Numbered from the whole stretch's first letter, positions 17,643 to 34,806 are shown. The stretch is DNA of 63,725 bases, filler included, from Collodictyon triciliatum (GCA_043381765.1; 8 parts of 8 records of this genome joined end to end with filler, not necessarily neighbours in it); one strand, 5' to 3'. Numbers and translations: made by a program. The notes: a model not told the origin generated them from the letters alone.

Positions 17643-20600
17643 ATGATTCGGCTCCAATGGTCGGCTTTTTCGCAAGGCTTTAGGTTTCGTGCACACCCTC
17701 GTAAGTTATCCTTTTGCCAACCTGATCCTTTTTCCTCTATTCTTTTTTCTTTTCTTTTTTCTTTTTTCTTTTTTCTTTTTTCTTTTTCTTTTTCTTTTCT
17801 TTTTCTTTTTTCTTTTTTCTTTTTTCTTTTTCCTCTATTATTTCAATATGGATTCACAGTAAGTGAAAACCACGAATACAAGGAAGCGCCTCAATCACCC
17901 CCCAGACAGCCATCCGGAGCCAGATTGCCGGAACGCAACGCAGCTTTTCGAGTCATATCACTAATATACATACGTCACGGCTTTTGAGTGCTAGACACAC
18001 TCCCGACTATGCGCAGCATACTCACTCCACATCATTTTCTAATCGAACATATCGGACACTGACAATATCGGGCGTGCGATGCATTCACACAGAACCAGAG
18101 CAAAATCCCACGATTCCTGGAGGTAGAGAGATTATACCATTTTCTTTGATATTTTCTCATCATCATTCTTACTTTACTATTCTCATACACTATGTGATAT
18201 AGGCTTTTCCACCTCAAGCCATAATGTTTTCTTCTTTCTTTTTTTTATTCTAATATCATGTTGTCTCATTGTTTTTATTTCCACTTCTTTTGAATCCAAA
18301 ATAATTACTTAGTGTATGACTTGGAGCTCACGTCCGAGTTTGTTAAGGATTTGACCAAAGGTGATTACTTAACCTGTTACAAAGTCCTGATACGGCTTCC
18401 AGGCACTAAAGTAATGGCCATTCGCTCTCATCATCTCCAGGTTACATATTCTTCTGGGATTCTAACTTTCTAAATGATTTTGATTCGATTTATGTCATTT
18501 ATAAAGGAAATGGGAAATTTAATAACTCGCATTAGCACGCATATGGAATTCAATTCAACTTGATGACATAAATAACTGTTTTTTTTGTTGTTGTTGTTTT
18601 TTTACAAAAATCATGAAAATATTCAGAATCAAGTGTTAATCTTGCAATTATTTCAACGCTAAACAGAGGCTGTGTCAAGGACTATTGGCCATCGGTGAGA
18701 CACACAAGGCCCGCTCCGTTCTTGATACCATCAAAAGGTATTTCGTCCGGAATACACGTTGCTTTGCAACTATTCATCACCATATAAAAGTCGCAATATG
18801 GTCTTAGAGTTGTAAGCCTTTTTTCCTCAAAATAATATACCCTTTAAGTGCCGTTGTATCGACATAGAATCTACTCTGAGGAATATCAGTCCGAGCCTTC
18901 TATGGTTGATTCTATGATATACTCCCTGGCTCGCGTCTATCGATGGGATGCAGTGTTTGACCTATATAGCGACCGAATGAATATGGCCCAGAAACCACCC
19001 ATAGATACCCATTTGACTGCCTTAAAAGCGTGTATAAAACTGAGGCGCTGCAAGGAAGCGGTGACAATCCTTGATTCAGTCAGAGCAGAGGACCCACAGC
19101 AGGTCCCAACAGATGACGTTCTCCGGTTATTTGCCTCTGATGCCCGTTGGGATTTGTGTGTCTACTTCCTTCAAGACGCGCTAGAACAGAAAGTTCCAAT
19201 ATCTTTAAAAACAATTACCGATGTTACAAATAAATACGTGGAGGCAAAGACATTTGGGCTCGTCGATAACTTACCTCGAACACTGCTGGAGTCTACATCA
19301 TCAAGTAGTCAAAGTGTTTTGCTGTCTCAAATGCTTCGCAAAAGTATTGTGATAGGCACACAGAAGAATGCAATATCTTTTGTTGAGCAAGCTTTGCAGC
19401 TAGACATGAAAATCACAGAGGACTTGTTGGTGTCTCTGGTAAACGCATACAAATCCGTCCACGGCATAGATAAGGCGGTCGAATACATGGAGATATTGAT
19501 TCGCCAAAAGAACTGGACACCCGGAAAAAGCTACCTTACAACTGTATGTGAAGGCTTCATATCCTCGAATGATTCTGTCAAGGCCATGGAAACTGTCAAA
19601 AAAATATGGCAAGGCCTTCACACCCCGCCCTCTGTCCTTTTGGAAGGTATTGCTCGTGTCTGTGGCAAAAAATGCCGCTTAGACTTGGGTATAGAACTCG
19701 TGGACTTGATGAAGCAGGCTAAAATGGAACCATCTGTCGTATTCTTCACAGCTTTACTTCACGGAGGTGCAAAATCTGAAAACTTGCCATTTTGTTTGGA
19801 TGTACTTCGACTAATGCAAAAGCACTCTGTAAACCCTGATTCAGTCGCTCTCTCTGTCCTCATCGATGCTTGTGGTAAATCCGGAGACTACAAAAAAGCC
19901 TCAGAGATATTGGGCATGATGAAGGAACTAGGTCTGCCTATGGGGATTGTAACATACAACTCACTTTTGAATGCATATTGCAAGGTAAATGACAAGCTGT
20001 TTTGCTAAATACACATAATAAAGCTCATATTTCAAGGGGCTGTTTTCTTTGCATACATCTCTGCATCCGGTACGTAATATTTTTATAAAGATATAAACTC
20101 CCTCTACTAGGCTGGCCTCGCTGACAGTTGCATTCGTTTGTTCCAAGAAATAGAAGAGAAAGGCCTGGAACCAACAGAAACCACCTTCGGAATCATGATT
20201 TCAGCGCTTTCAAAACAAACTTCAATCAAACTGTGCCGCATTTATCTTGACAACATGAAACATCGCAACCTCTCGCCGAATCTGTATGTGTACAACTCTT
20301 ATCTGGACGCATGTGCAAGAATGGGCGAATCTGATGAAGCAAGTTTATTAAAGTTCATCAGAATATATCAAACTGTTTCATTATGAATTTTTTTTTTTAC
20401 ATGCTACATTAATACCCCATCTTTTTTTTTTTTTTATGCAGAGCATTCGCATCATGGAGGAAATGAAAACCAACAATGTCCGGGCTGATATAATTACATA
20501 TACAAATCTTATTCGCACTTTTGCCTCCTCAAATAAACCTGATATGGTACGTATTCTAATCATATTCTAATTGTATGTGCGTAGCTTGAATACCACTTAT

Positions 20601-21106
20601 CTCGAATCTTAAATGGACATGTTATTATAAAATTGCGAGCAATTTTGAAAATGAAAAAAAAATGTTTTCGCTCCGTGCAGGGAATAGCCATCTTCAATAA
20701 TATCCGAGCTAAAGGCCTCCAGCCGAACACGAAGCTTTACTCTGGAGTTTTGAAGTTGTTTGAGCAGGGTGGTGATTATGCGAGGGCACATGCCGTTTTG
20801 CAAGACATGAAAAGCAACAACTGCGCCATCGACCATGGGATATTTTCTTCCTTGTTGTATACTCTCGGTCGTTCCAGCGAACGTGATAAAGTCTGGGACT
20901 TACTTGCAGAATCCAAGGAAAGCAATATTTTGTTGACTAATTATGAAATCTCGAATTTCTTCCGGGGGCTGGTTTCGTCGTCGCAGTACACGCACGCACT
21001 CAATGTCTTGAGAGAGATGCACAGCAATAAGCTATACGTATGAATGAATTGGCTTTGTAAATTATCCATCATGATTTGCTTTATTCAAGTTTGCATGTAA
21101 TCTTTT
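17643..21106 (+). CDS. Pentatricopeptide repeat (P-class PPR) protein, probably mitochondrial; 3' end interrupted by N-gap 21107-21631
   Basis: Tandem 35-aa motifs, e.g. SVALSVLIDACGKSGDYKKASEILGMMKELGLPMG, IVTYNSLLNAYCK, LYVYNSYLDACARMG, IITYTNLIRTF. The first exon MIRLQWSAFSQGFRFRAHP is Arg/Ser-rich and acid-free, like a mitochondrial presequence. Confidence 0.85.
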
Positions 21107-22589
21107 NNNNNNNNNNNNNNNNNNNNNNNNNNNNNNNNNNNNNNNNNNNNNNNNNNNNNNNNNNNNNNNNNNNNNNNNNNNNNNNNNNNNNNNNNNNNNN
21201 NNNNNNNNNNNNNNNNNNNNNNNNNNNNNNNNNNNNNNNNNNNNNNNNNNNNNNNNNNNNNNNNNNNNNNNNNNNNNNNNNNNNNNNNNNNNNNNNNNNN
21301 NNNNNNNNNNNNNNNNNNNNNNNNNNNNNNNNNNNNNNNNNNNNNNNNNNNNNNNNNNNNNNNNNNNNNNNNNNNNNNNNNNNNNNNNNNNNNNNNNNNN
21401 NNNNNNNNNNNNNNNNNNNNNNNNNNNNNNNNNNNNNNNNNNNNNNNNNNNNNNNNNNNNNNNNNNNNNNNNNNNNNNNNNNNNNNNNNNNNNNNNNNNN
21501 NNNNNNNNNNNNNNNNNNNNNNNNNNNNNNNNNNNNNNNNNNNNNNNNNNNNNNNNNNNNNNNNNNNNNNNNNNNNNNNNNNNNNNNNNNNNNNNNNNNN
21601 NNNNNNNNNNNNNNNNNNNNNNNNNNNNNNNGGAAATGTTTTTGTTTGGATAACCCATGGAAGCACATATCCAAAGAGCGAACAAACGAAGCAGCAACTA
21701 AGATATGTGCGGCAGTTCTGTCAAAAACAAATAGTTGAAGCACGCCTGTATTTTCCTGAATTGCTTTCATCGTCGGTATTCGTTTCGTGAAATGAGTAGG
21801 CAGAAGGCTTCCAGTTATTTTTTGTAATCAATTCTTTGTTCGCCAATCACAAAAAAGGCAGGCGCATATAATCATGAAATAACATCGACAGTCTCAAAGC
21901 CTGCGCACACCCAAGCCATCAAAACACCAAAGAATGTAGATTTGGTGGAATGCAAGAATGAAAGGCAAAGTGCTGTTGAGTTCAATCATTCACCATGTGA
22001 CTGTCAAGCGAATGGTCGGATTCTTTTTTTTCATCGGCGAACACTGCTACTTATTTATCTGAATAGCTCGCGTTTGAAAGTGCCGTAGCATCAGAATATT
22101 ATTTCTTCGTTAAACAGGTTCGTGGATTTGTTCATACTCTCATGAGCATTTTTATCTTAGGTATGCATTTCTTTTTTTTTTTCGAAAATGGAGAACGTTG
22201 GTTGTTTGAATGAAATGATGCTATGAAGTAACCAAATGCCGATTGGTTCGTGGAGCCGGGAAAAACTCTGACAGAATCGCAAATGCATGAGCGCCGAATA
22301 ACGAAGAAGGAAGTCTTCATTGCTGTTGCACTTGCGGAAACACTGATTCTTGGACATAGTCAAAATTAAAGAAAGCGGTCTAGTAAGAAACGATAGCGAA
22401 TGCGAGATTGGGAATAATGAACAACTATCGTTGGTCTTCAGTGCAATTAATTATTTATTTATTTTTTGGTGGTTTAGTGTATGAATCGAGAAACTCTCAT
22501 CAACAGAAAGTAAAATAGAAAAAGGCGAGTGAATAGGTGTTGGGAAAAAGTAAAGGAGAGACCAGACTAACAAGTCAAGAAAAAGCGGG

Positions 22590-26132
<3,543 letters not shown>

Positions 26133-26468
26133 TCGGCTGTTTGAAGATGCTTTTCTTCCTTTTTTTTTTTTTTTTTTTTTTTTTTGGAAGAGAAAAAAAA
26201 TTGGTTTTTTTTTATTTTTTNNNNNNNNNNNNNNNNNNNNNNNNNNNNNNNNNNNNNNNNNNNNTTAATTAATTAANNNNNNNNNNNNNNNNNNNNNNNN
26301 NNNNNNNNNNNNNNNNNNNNAATAAAAAAAAGAGAATAAAAAAAAGAGAATAAAAAAAAGAGAATAAAAAAAAGAGAATAAAAAAAGAGAATAAAAAAAG
26401 AGAATAAAAAAGAATAAAAAATAAAGATTTTTTTTTTTACTCATAAAAATTGGAGAGAAGAAGCGTAC

Positions 26469-26534
26469 CTCAGTCGGTGCGTCGTCATCCTCTTCGTCAG
26501 GTCGAAGTTGTTTGGAGCTCACACGTTTCGACAT
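26469..26534 (-). CDS. First exon of a possible Nup50/Nup2-like nucleoporin (rest off contig)
   Basis: ATG-led exon MSKRVSSKQLRPDEEDDDAPTE followed by a GTACGC donor. It resembles the Nup50 N-terminus (MxKR..KQL..acidic). Only 22 aa are visible. Confidence 0.4.
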
Positions 26535-27021
26535 GTGGTCGTTATTTGCTGCACCGAATTTGAAGTTACGAAGCGCAGAACAGGAGCAGAGTGCAAAGTG
26601 GCACACTATTCAATCAAACTCGCACAGGACGAAGAGTGCAAGGAAAATTGCTTTGGACACAGAAACACAGGCCCATTCTTCTCAGAGCGGCACTCAAACA
26701 TCTGTGCTTTTCGGCCGAGCCGCGCTTGCAACTCAACCAGGCACCTGCTCGAAGCTCAAAGCCAGACAAATAAACACGATTCTGATTATGCGCTTCTGGG
26801 CAAACCAACAACGGCACAAACGCGTTTGACAAGATTGAACTTTATCTATTTCTGGACGGTATCTAATGCAGGGAGGAGGTGGGCGATAGATTGTCTTCTT
26901 TTTTTGTTGCGGATGGCGCCAGGGGTTGCCTGTCAGCAGTAATGGAGAAGGAGAAAAAGAAGAAGAAGAAGGAAAAAAAAAAGAAGATTAAATGGAAGCG
27001 ACCCTAGGTGTTCTTGGATTA

Positions 27022-29585
27022 TCAGAATCCTGATTGGTTGGTCTCTGCCATGGTCTGGTCGAACTCTGGGTAGGCATGCCCGCCGTGCTCCGTGCGGTCG
27101 AGCCCCTCCATTTCGATTTCGCGGGACACTCGAAGTCCGACAAACTTTTGAAGAGAAAAGAAAAGTGTTGCTGACAGCACGATGGTCCACACGGATATCA
27201 CTAAAATCCCAAGGATTTGCACTCCCAGCTGCTCGAATCCTCCCTGTGGACCACAACCAAAAGGTTGAGTGACTGCAACAGAAACTGGTACCTTCCAGAG
27301 TTTTTAACGACATTGACGGATGTCATGTAGAGAAAAAATGGGGCAGATAAAGGAAACAAATGTGAAGCAACGCAATATTAGTGACTAAACATGTAGACAT
27401 ACACCCATGAATAGTCCATAGGATGCGGGGCTTTTGCTGGTGCCGTGGAATTTTCGAATACAGTCCTGTGTGGCGAACAGACCGACACTCAAAACTCCCC
27501 AAATCCCACAAGAGCCATGGACAGCAGACGCACCAAGAGGGTCGTCCACCTGAAACTTCTCAAGCAGGTTCATCGAGACGTTGAACGTTGCAGCTCCAAC
27601 CACTGTATTTTTGATAAATAAATATGAAAATACATCTTCCCCCTCTTCATTCCATTCAAATTGCAGGAGGGTAAAGCCATATATGAAGACACATAAGGAA
27701 TATACTCAGGACCAATCATATATTGTAAAGACAAACTCATCAAAATTTCCCTTCTCACCCCCAATAATCACAGCCGCCCATGAATCAACAAATGCGCCGG
27801 CTGCTGTGATCGACACGAGTCCCGACAAAAGTCCATTCAAGACAGAGGTGAGGTCGTAAGTATTACTCTGGAACTTCTTCCACGCCAGTGTCGATAAAGC
27901 AGAAGCAGCAGCAGAGAGTGTTGTGTTCATAGCCACCTGTGCAAAAATGCTATATTTTCATATTTCCATACATATCTGATCTTGATTATCTTTTCATATG
28001 TTTAATTATACACAAAATCCAGCAATAGGTATTTAGACAGACTCTTCCGGCTATCTGCCACCGGTTTTGTGTCAACGCTAAAGTCGAACCAGGGCTGATT
28101 CCGTACCAACCAAACCAGAGAATCACTAAATATAATTCCACACATGATGAGGAGAGGATATGATACATAAAATCGACCTTACGGTTGAGATAATCATTAC
28201 ATGTCCCTAGTGATGACATCGTGATGGAGTGTCCTTCGATTTTATAGCTGCGATGGTCATCAAAGCGACCTAGACGAGGACCAACCATGATTGCACCGAG
28301 CAGACCAACCAACCCACCAACCTATCAAATCTGAAATGAGCTAATGACGCATCAAGTTATCAGAAGAAAAATAGACGTGATTCAGATTAAATGTGATGTC
28401 TGTAGACAAGAAGCCGTCTGGCGTTGATTAGAGGGTTTACCAAATGAACGACACCGCTTCCAGCGAAATCCAAGTATCCATTTGTGCCTTTGAATCTGTT
28501 TTCAGCATATGGGCTAAGCCATCCGGATTCAGACCAGCACCCTATGTTTGCAATGAAGCAGTTTTGACACCCTGGCTTTGGGGAGTACCAAAATATATCG
28601 CACGGTTCAGACACTCAATACCAAGCAGGATGAAAGACTCACACCGAACAATCATAGGATAAATAAACCCTGAAATAAAGAAAGTCGACAGCAGGTACGA
28701 TTTGAATTTGAAGCGCTCTGCAATACAGCCACTAAAAATGGTTGGTATCATGGACGCAAAAGCCCAGGAGAAAACCCAATGACCATACTGGTTTGTGGAC
28801 CGCATGAAAAAATTGTCCTCTCCAACAGCTGGATTTGACTTTCCTGTGTCTTTCTCGCCATAGGCAATACCATATCCAATAGCCCAGAATGTCATCGCCA
28901 CAACAGCCGTGTCCAAGATATTCTGCGAGAAACATGCAAAGTTGGTCATGTTAGCATATATCGACTATCAGAATTCGTCTCTATTCTGTACCAACGTCGT
29001 TTCCCCTCCTTAGGAAATTTAGATATATTTTATCTTATTTATCTTTGGAAGAGCGAGATAGAGCCTCACTTTCAGGAGAATGTTTTTCGTATTTTTCGCG
29101 CGAACTGAACCAGCCTCCAGCATTCCAAAGCCAGCCTGGGTGACTGAATAGAATGGAGTTCAATAATGATATGCAGTAACCAATGCATTCTTTAGAAAAA
29201 ATACACCGAATTACTTGGCTTTGGTCAAAACGAAATTTAAAAAAAAAAATATATGTCCGCAGAACAAGTGATGGTGAAGCTTACAAAAGACAAGGAAGGC
29301 AGAGAGCAAAACCCATGCGCTATTGACAGACATTTCTAAATCATTTGCGACACGCTGCAGTCCAGCAAGTGAGGCATCCTGGGCTGTGCAGGTAGGGCCG
29401 GAATATCCCTCTGGACAGAAACAAACATACGCGGCGTCGTTTTGAGAGGGGAGGCAGAAACCCACACCACACTCGGAGTTTTGTGTGCAGCCAAAGACTC
29501 CAAAGTTTGCGGTTTGGAGCAGTGATATAAGCAAAGCCGCAGAGAGCGTGATGCGCGCTCGTCCGTGCATTCTTTGTCGATCCAT
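27022..29585 (-). CDS. Ammonium transporter (Amt/Mep family, AMT1-like) with N-terminal signal peptide and EGF-like domain; multi-exon
   Basis: Motifs [98 protein letters not shown] and [19 protein letters not shown]. Stop at 27022-27024. Confidence 0.95.
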
Positions 29586-30047
29586 TATCCAACGCGTTTG
29601 TTGTCTGTGTGTGTCTTTGATTGGCCGTCTTGTGTATGCCGAGTGCGTTGGGCATAAGAACAGGTGGAATGACGAGTGTGTGGAGGGATGACAAACAATC
29701 TCCTTTTCCTTGGTAATTGATGAAAAATACAAAGAACGTAGCATGCTTTTGTGTAAAAATCTGCACATCAAACAAAACGCAGCCATTTAAGGATCCATTC
29801 CAGATTTGAAGATTTTCATTTGTGTCCTACTTTACCGCATTTGAAATTCAGAAGAATTGGTCAAATATGGATAATTACAGCAATCCAATCCAACTTGGAT
29901 TTACGATACTATCTATACGGTATTGATTACAGCTGAGGGCGCAGGCGCGGTGCTGTTATTGCCAGTATCTTTTGGATTAGAAAGCGAGAAACACAGCCGC
30001 CGAGGCTTTTATGTGCGTATGTTCATAATATTTATGACAGTAGATTG

Positions 30048-31676
30048 TTATTCCTCAACATAGTACGTGTTCTCTTGATAGGCCATGACCTGATTTTGGG
30101 CTGCCTGTTGTGAAAGAATCGACGTGGAGTCTGGTTTCTTGCCTGGCATTTTGCTGATGACATAAATCAAACATACGGGCGGCAGGATTTCGCAGAAACG
30201 GTAAAGATACCTGGATAGCAGAAACTTTATATGTGCACTTGTTTCTTCTTTATGATAAAATTTGCATGTGATATGGAGTAACATACAAAATTATGATATT
30301 GCGCGGATAATCGGCTGTGTCCTGTTGGAGGTCCTCTTCAACAAAGAATGAGGCCGAATCGATGGTTAAGAGTGTTGCATAGATGGTCATAAAAGTACCG
30401 GTAATAACGGCCAAAATGTTGAACTATAGAAGATCCTGTTAATAGAATTCCACGAGGAAAAAGGGAAGGGTAAGAGCATAATGCGGAAGATGACAATAAT
30501 TCAAAAACGAAATATTTGATTTATCTATAAATTGTTCATAATACATCAAATGGATATATTTGTTCAGTTACACGTACTCTTCTCAGGGTTGAGAGATATA
30601 TCTGTAAGGAGGGTATGTGCCGGTGGCCAAGCCTTTCAATTTGAGAGGATATTTTGTAAAATGCACCAAAATGCCCGCAGAAGATTAGGACCAGAAGGGT
30701 GTTGAAAGCGGATATGAATATGTTTGTGGCGGCCCGAATCTGTAACGAAATTCATAATCAATTCGCGGGTTGCCAGGGTGAAGTCAAAATACAGAAAACT
30801 ACTCACCACAAATATTTCCATCTGATTAAAGCACATCAGTATAATTGTCAATATACATCCAGAAACATAAACAAAAATAAAACTCTTTCGAAATTTTTCG
30901 TATAGAAACGGGATAGTAGCCAATGAAATCTGGTCGGAGATACCGTCCGCGACTCGTGACCTACAGGATTCTTCCTTTGATAACCACATTGAATAACATG
31001 TTTAATCCTATTTCTAGCTTCGAAATATTTACCAAGGGTGGATGATGAACTTACCAAAAGTAAAGCAATGATGAGTACGAGAGGTACATAAAAACCAAAG
31101 GGCAAACGAAGAAAAAGTGCTTGATTGCAGTTTGATAATGAGGCTCATTTCTATTCTCAAAGTTGTTGTCATACATCAGCTCGCTCAACCGACAAACAAA
31201 CTCTATTATTCGAACTGCGTAAAAGTATAGATGGTTTAAAATTTTATATCAAACTAATGTCAATAGAGTTAAAAAAATACAATGGCATCATATTTGTTTT
31301 TATTGTTGCATTGAAAGGAAATCACGGAGTAAAAAAGGAATAAAAAGAAAGTGATAAATTTATATAATCGTATTCAGAGAACCTGTAGCATTCAAAAAAA
31401 TCATCTGATAAGAAAACTCTCGTCTAGAAACTGATATTCTGGCACATATGAACAGGGCGTGGCAGGTGAATGTGCGTAATTGCCCTTTGTCGAGCCGTAT
31501 TTTGGCAAACAGGTGTAAAGCTACAACCCACAAAGCAATCATCACGGAGAGCCAAATGACGCAGTAAATCCGTATTGTTACTTCATCTTCATCGTCCGCG
31601 GCATCTCCTTTGTGTGTGCGGTTGAAGCTAGTAACATAGTCCGGATACATCCACGGAGACACAAAGTTCGTGTAAC
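30048..31676 (-). CDS. Multi-pass (about 7TM) membrane protein, TOM1/THH1 (DUF1084)/GPR137-like; start uncertain
   Basis: In-frame exons give about seven hydrophobic segments, including PLVFMYLSYSSLLYFWSRV and a last helix YLYRFCEILPPVCLIYVI. The family call rests on pattern only. Confidence 0.55.
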
Positions 31677-32157
31677 CTGCTTAGCTGTCTTTAAACAAGA
31701 ACCGCAAACATAGTCAGAAGGAGAAGCAAAAACGATGCAAGCTTTCTTCAGAGCTTTTGCAAGAATGGTGAGTATCGAAGATTCACGTTTTTACAGTTTT
31801 TTTCTGTTTCTTTTTCTTCCTTCTCTGGCTCTGCTGGTCTGCGGAAAAGGGTTGCCCGATCACAGTTTGCACTTTGATCACAGAACCCTGGTGTTTGGCG
31901 TGTGGTAGGGATTTATGCAAAGCTGGTTGACTCAGTTTGCTCCTCTTTGACAGCGACTTAAACAGCCGCATTAAATGAAAGAATGACGAGCACAGCCCAT
32001 GTCATTGTTTTCACGCTTTGCCGAATACACAGCTGCGGCGAGGCCCAACCACAGAGAATCGGCACTTGTGATCAGAAACGTCAAAACAGGGAAATGAGTT
32101 TTGTTGGGAATGCAAGCTGCGCAACGGTTCTGGTAATGGAATGTGTGGAATTTTATC

Positions 32158-32188
<31 letters not shown>

Positions 32189-32286
32189 GAAAAAGAAAAA
32201 GAAAAGGAGTCAGGTGGGCGTGAAGGAGTGCTGGGGCGTTTTGCAAAGAAAGTGGGTGCGAGAGGGATTATGAGATTCCATGCCGT

Positions 32287-34806
32287 TCATGAGCTTTGGT
32301 CTGATTCTGGGGCGGCGGCAACCTCAAACTTGAAGCCTTTTCCCTCGCGAAGAGAACGAATCATTTGGTTTCCAAAGAGAACAACAGGGGATAATACACC
32401 CCCACGAGGGCGTACTTGGTGCTATTGATTGCCGCGCAACAACAGAGACATAAAAGGCAGAAATGAATCCCAATCGCAAATTTATGATGGCAAAGACACA
32501 TAGAATTGTTTTAACAGGGCGCTTTTCGTCTTTCAATCACGCTTCACAGAGAACATATTTAGAATGGTTTTACCTCCGAATAGAAATATTGTCTTACCTT
32601 GTGCTTATGGAGCAGTAACGCGGTTTCTACGGCGATAATAACAGAGCCATCATATAGATTTGGAGAGTATGCAGTTATCGAGATGGTGGAATCACGAAAT
32701 GATGATGTTGGCGTTGGGTTTGGGTTTGTGTCTTCTGCCTGGAGAAGGGTGTGCTCTTGAACTCGCCCGCTCATTACAACTGTGCAACGCACAAAACCTA
32801 CACCGCGCTCCACACTGGTAGGCCTAGAATCATTCATTTTTCTTACTGAATCAAATGCATTACAAATAATTAACTGAGTAGACACTTTAATTTTTTTTTA
32901 AAAAAAGATCATAAGTGATAAAAAGTAAAAGAGTTAGTAAACATCTAGTGATACGATAAAACATATCAATTTACCCAGCTTCCGAGTCCGAGTTCCGAAA
33001 TGGTGAATAATGGTATGAAAAGTAATCTACGTGATTATAAAATTGGTTTGTAAGTTTAGTCGAATCAATGGGAGGATTGTTAGAGAAAGTGATAAAGTAA
33101 TTAAGTGTGGCCTTTACAATTTGCATTAACCTTAAGGAAACATTAAGGACAGCCCAATTTATACTCTGTATATCCGCAGATAATCCACAGATTATTTTTT
33201 TTTTTAAAAAAAAATACTCACAAAACCCTGACATGAGGTAAGATATCATGAGCTTGGCAAGTGATTCATATTCTTGGTAAGATTCGTAGACAAATGATGG
33301 GTCAGTATTCTGCAGCTCGTTTGTCCTTCATTTTTTTAAAAAGGTTTATCAGGTGAAAGGAATACATACAATGACTCTAGGTATCTGAAGGGAAAAAAAG
33401 GGAGAAAAAGGGAGAAAAAGGGAGAAAAAGGGAGAAAAAGGGAGAAAAAGGGAGAAAAAGGGAGAAAAAGGGAGAAAAAGGGAGAAAAAGGGAGAAAAAT
33501 ATTTGAAGACACTCAATTATAGCTATTAAACCTTGTTACAACCAGGTCATGAACTCCAAAGTTCCTTTTCACCCACTTTTTGATATCTTCATCAAACATA
33601 AATTTTCTTGAACTACCAGATTGCACAGTTTCGTTCTTGCATGATGCATTACAAAGAATTATAAATGACTCGTTTGTGACACCGGAAAAGAAATTATCCA
33701 CATAACGTTTCGACACAATCATACCCTTTGTTGTGAAGAGCTGGTTGACGCCTCCGACATTATACTATCTAATGAAGCTTGGCTTCTTCTGATTGGAGTT
33801 GCATAGATGTAGCCCTGCAAAGTATTTGGGTCACTTCTTTGTAATTAAATAAGTCATATTTTATATATCTGCTGATACATACACGAATCACATCTATCTA
33901 TATATCTATGTGAAAAGTTTGAGAGAGCAGAAGCAGCAAGGGATGTTGAGATTCGGACCCTGGCTGATAAACAATGTCCGGTTGTGAAGTGTTCTTTTCC
34001 GTGGTGGACAGCCATGTCAGGAAGAATCTTTGCAAAGTATGATGAGAGTGAAGTATGCATATTTATAGTATGGATTATGAATGCATGTTATTGCAAAGTA
34101 TACTCCAAGGTTTAATTATGAGAAGATTCCTAAATCCGGTTATAATATACGTACAGATGTTACGCCGCACGATGGCAGCAGGTATACACCCTTTGATTCT
34201 GCTTCTGAATGGTACTTTGAGGCGATGTCTCCAATAAACGGTATTTCTTCGCAGAAATCTATGTAGTTTGTGCGCGTCTCGATGCATATTTTAACGAGCG
34301 ACTCTCCGTGGTTGTGGTATGGGCTAGTTTTGGTGAATACGAGCCGATTTTATCATTACTATCAATAACAGAATGGGTGCTAGAAAGTGGATTGAACTAC
34401 AGCGAATATAAAAGTGCAACAAAACTACTTCAATCATGATATCTTAAGAAAGTGTTGAAGATACTAGATAGAGGGCAATAACAAACTACAAACCCAACGC
34501 AATTGATAATACAGGATGTTTGCAAACACATTTGTTTTAATGATTCTTCACTTCTGATATCCGCTTCAATGATTTTGAATAAGTCTGGCCATGGTAGGTT
34601 TCTTTTCTAATAGCAAAAGTGGCTTAAGATGAGCTAATAATAGAGAGACAGAACGCCTATATGATAACCAAGATAAAAATAAAGATGCCTGTAGTTGCTG
34701 CGAAAGTTGCTGCAATTTGGTGAGATTGCGTCCGGCAATTGTCCACATGATCTGAAATTGTACAGGGAGCGCCGCAAGGTACTCTGCGACGAGTTTCCCC
34801 ATGCAT
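32287..34806 (-). CDS. Saccharopine dehydrogenase-like oxidoreductase (SCCPDH-like), multi-exon, 5' partial
   Basis: MGKLVAEYLA...WTIAGRNLTKL, CIINCVG|PYHNHGESLVKICIETRTNYIDFCEE, GVYLLPSCG and C-terminal GGVLSPVVLFGNQMIRSL...FKFEV. Confidence 0.8.
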
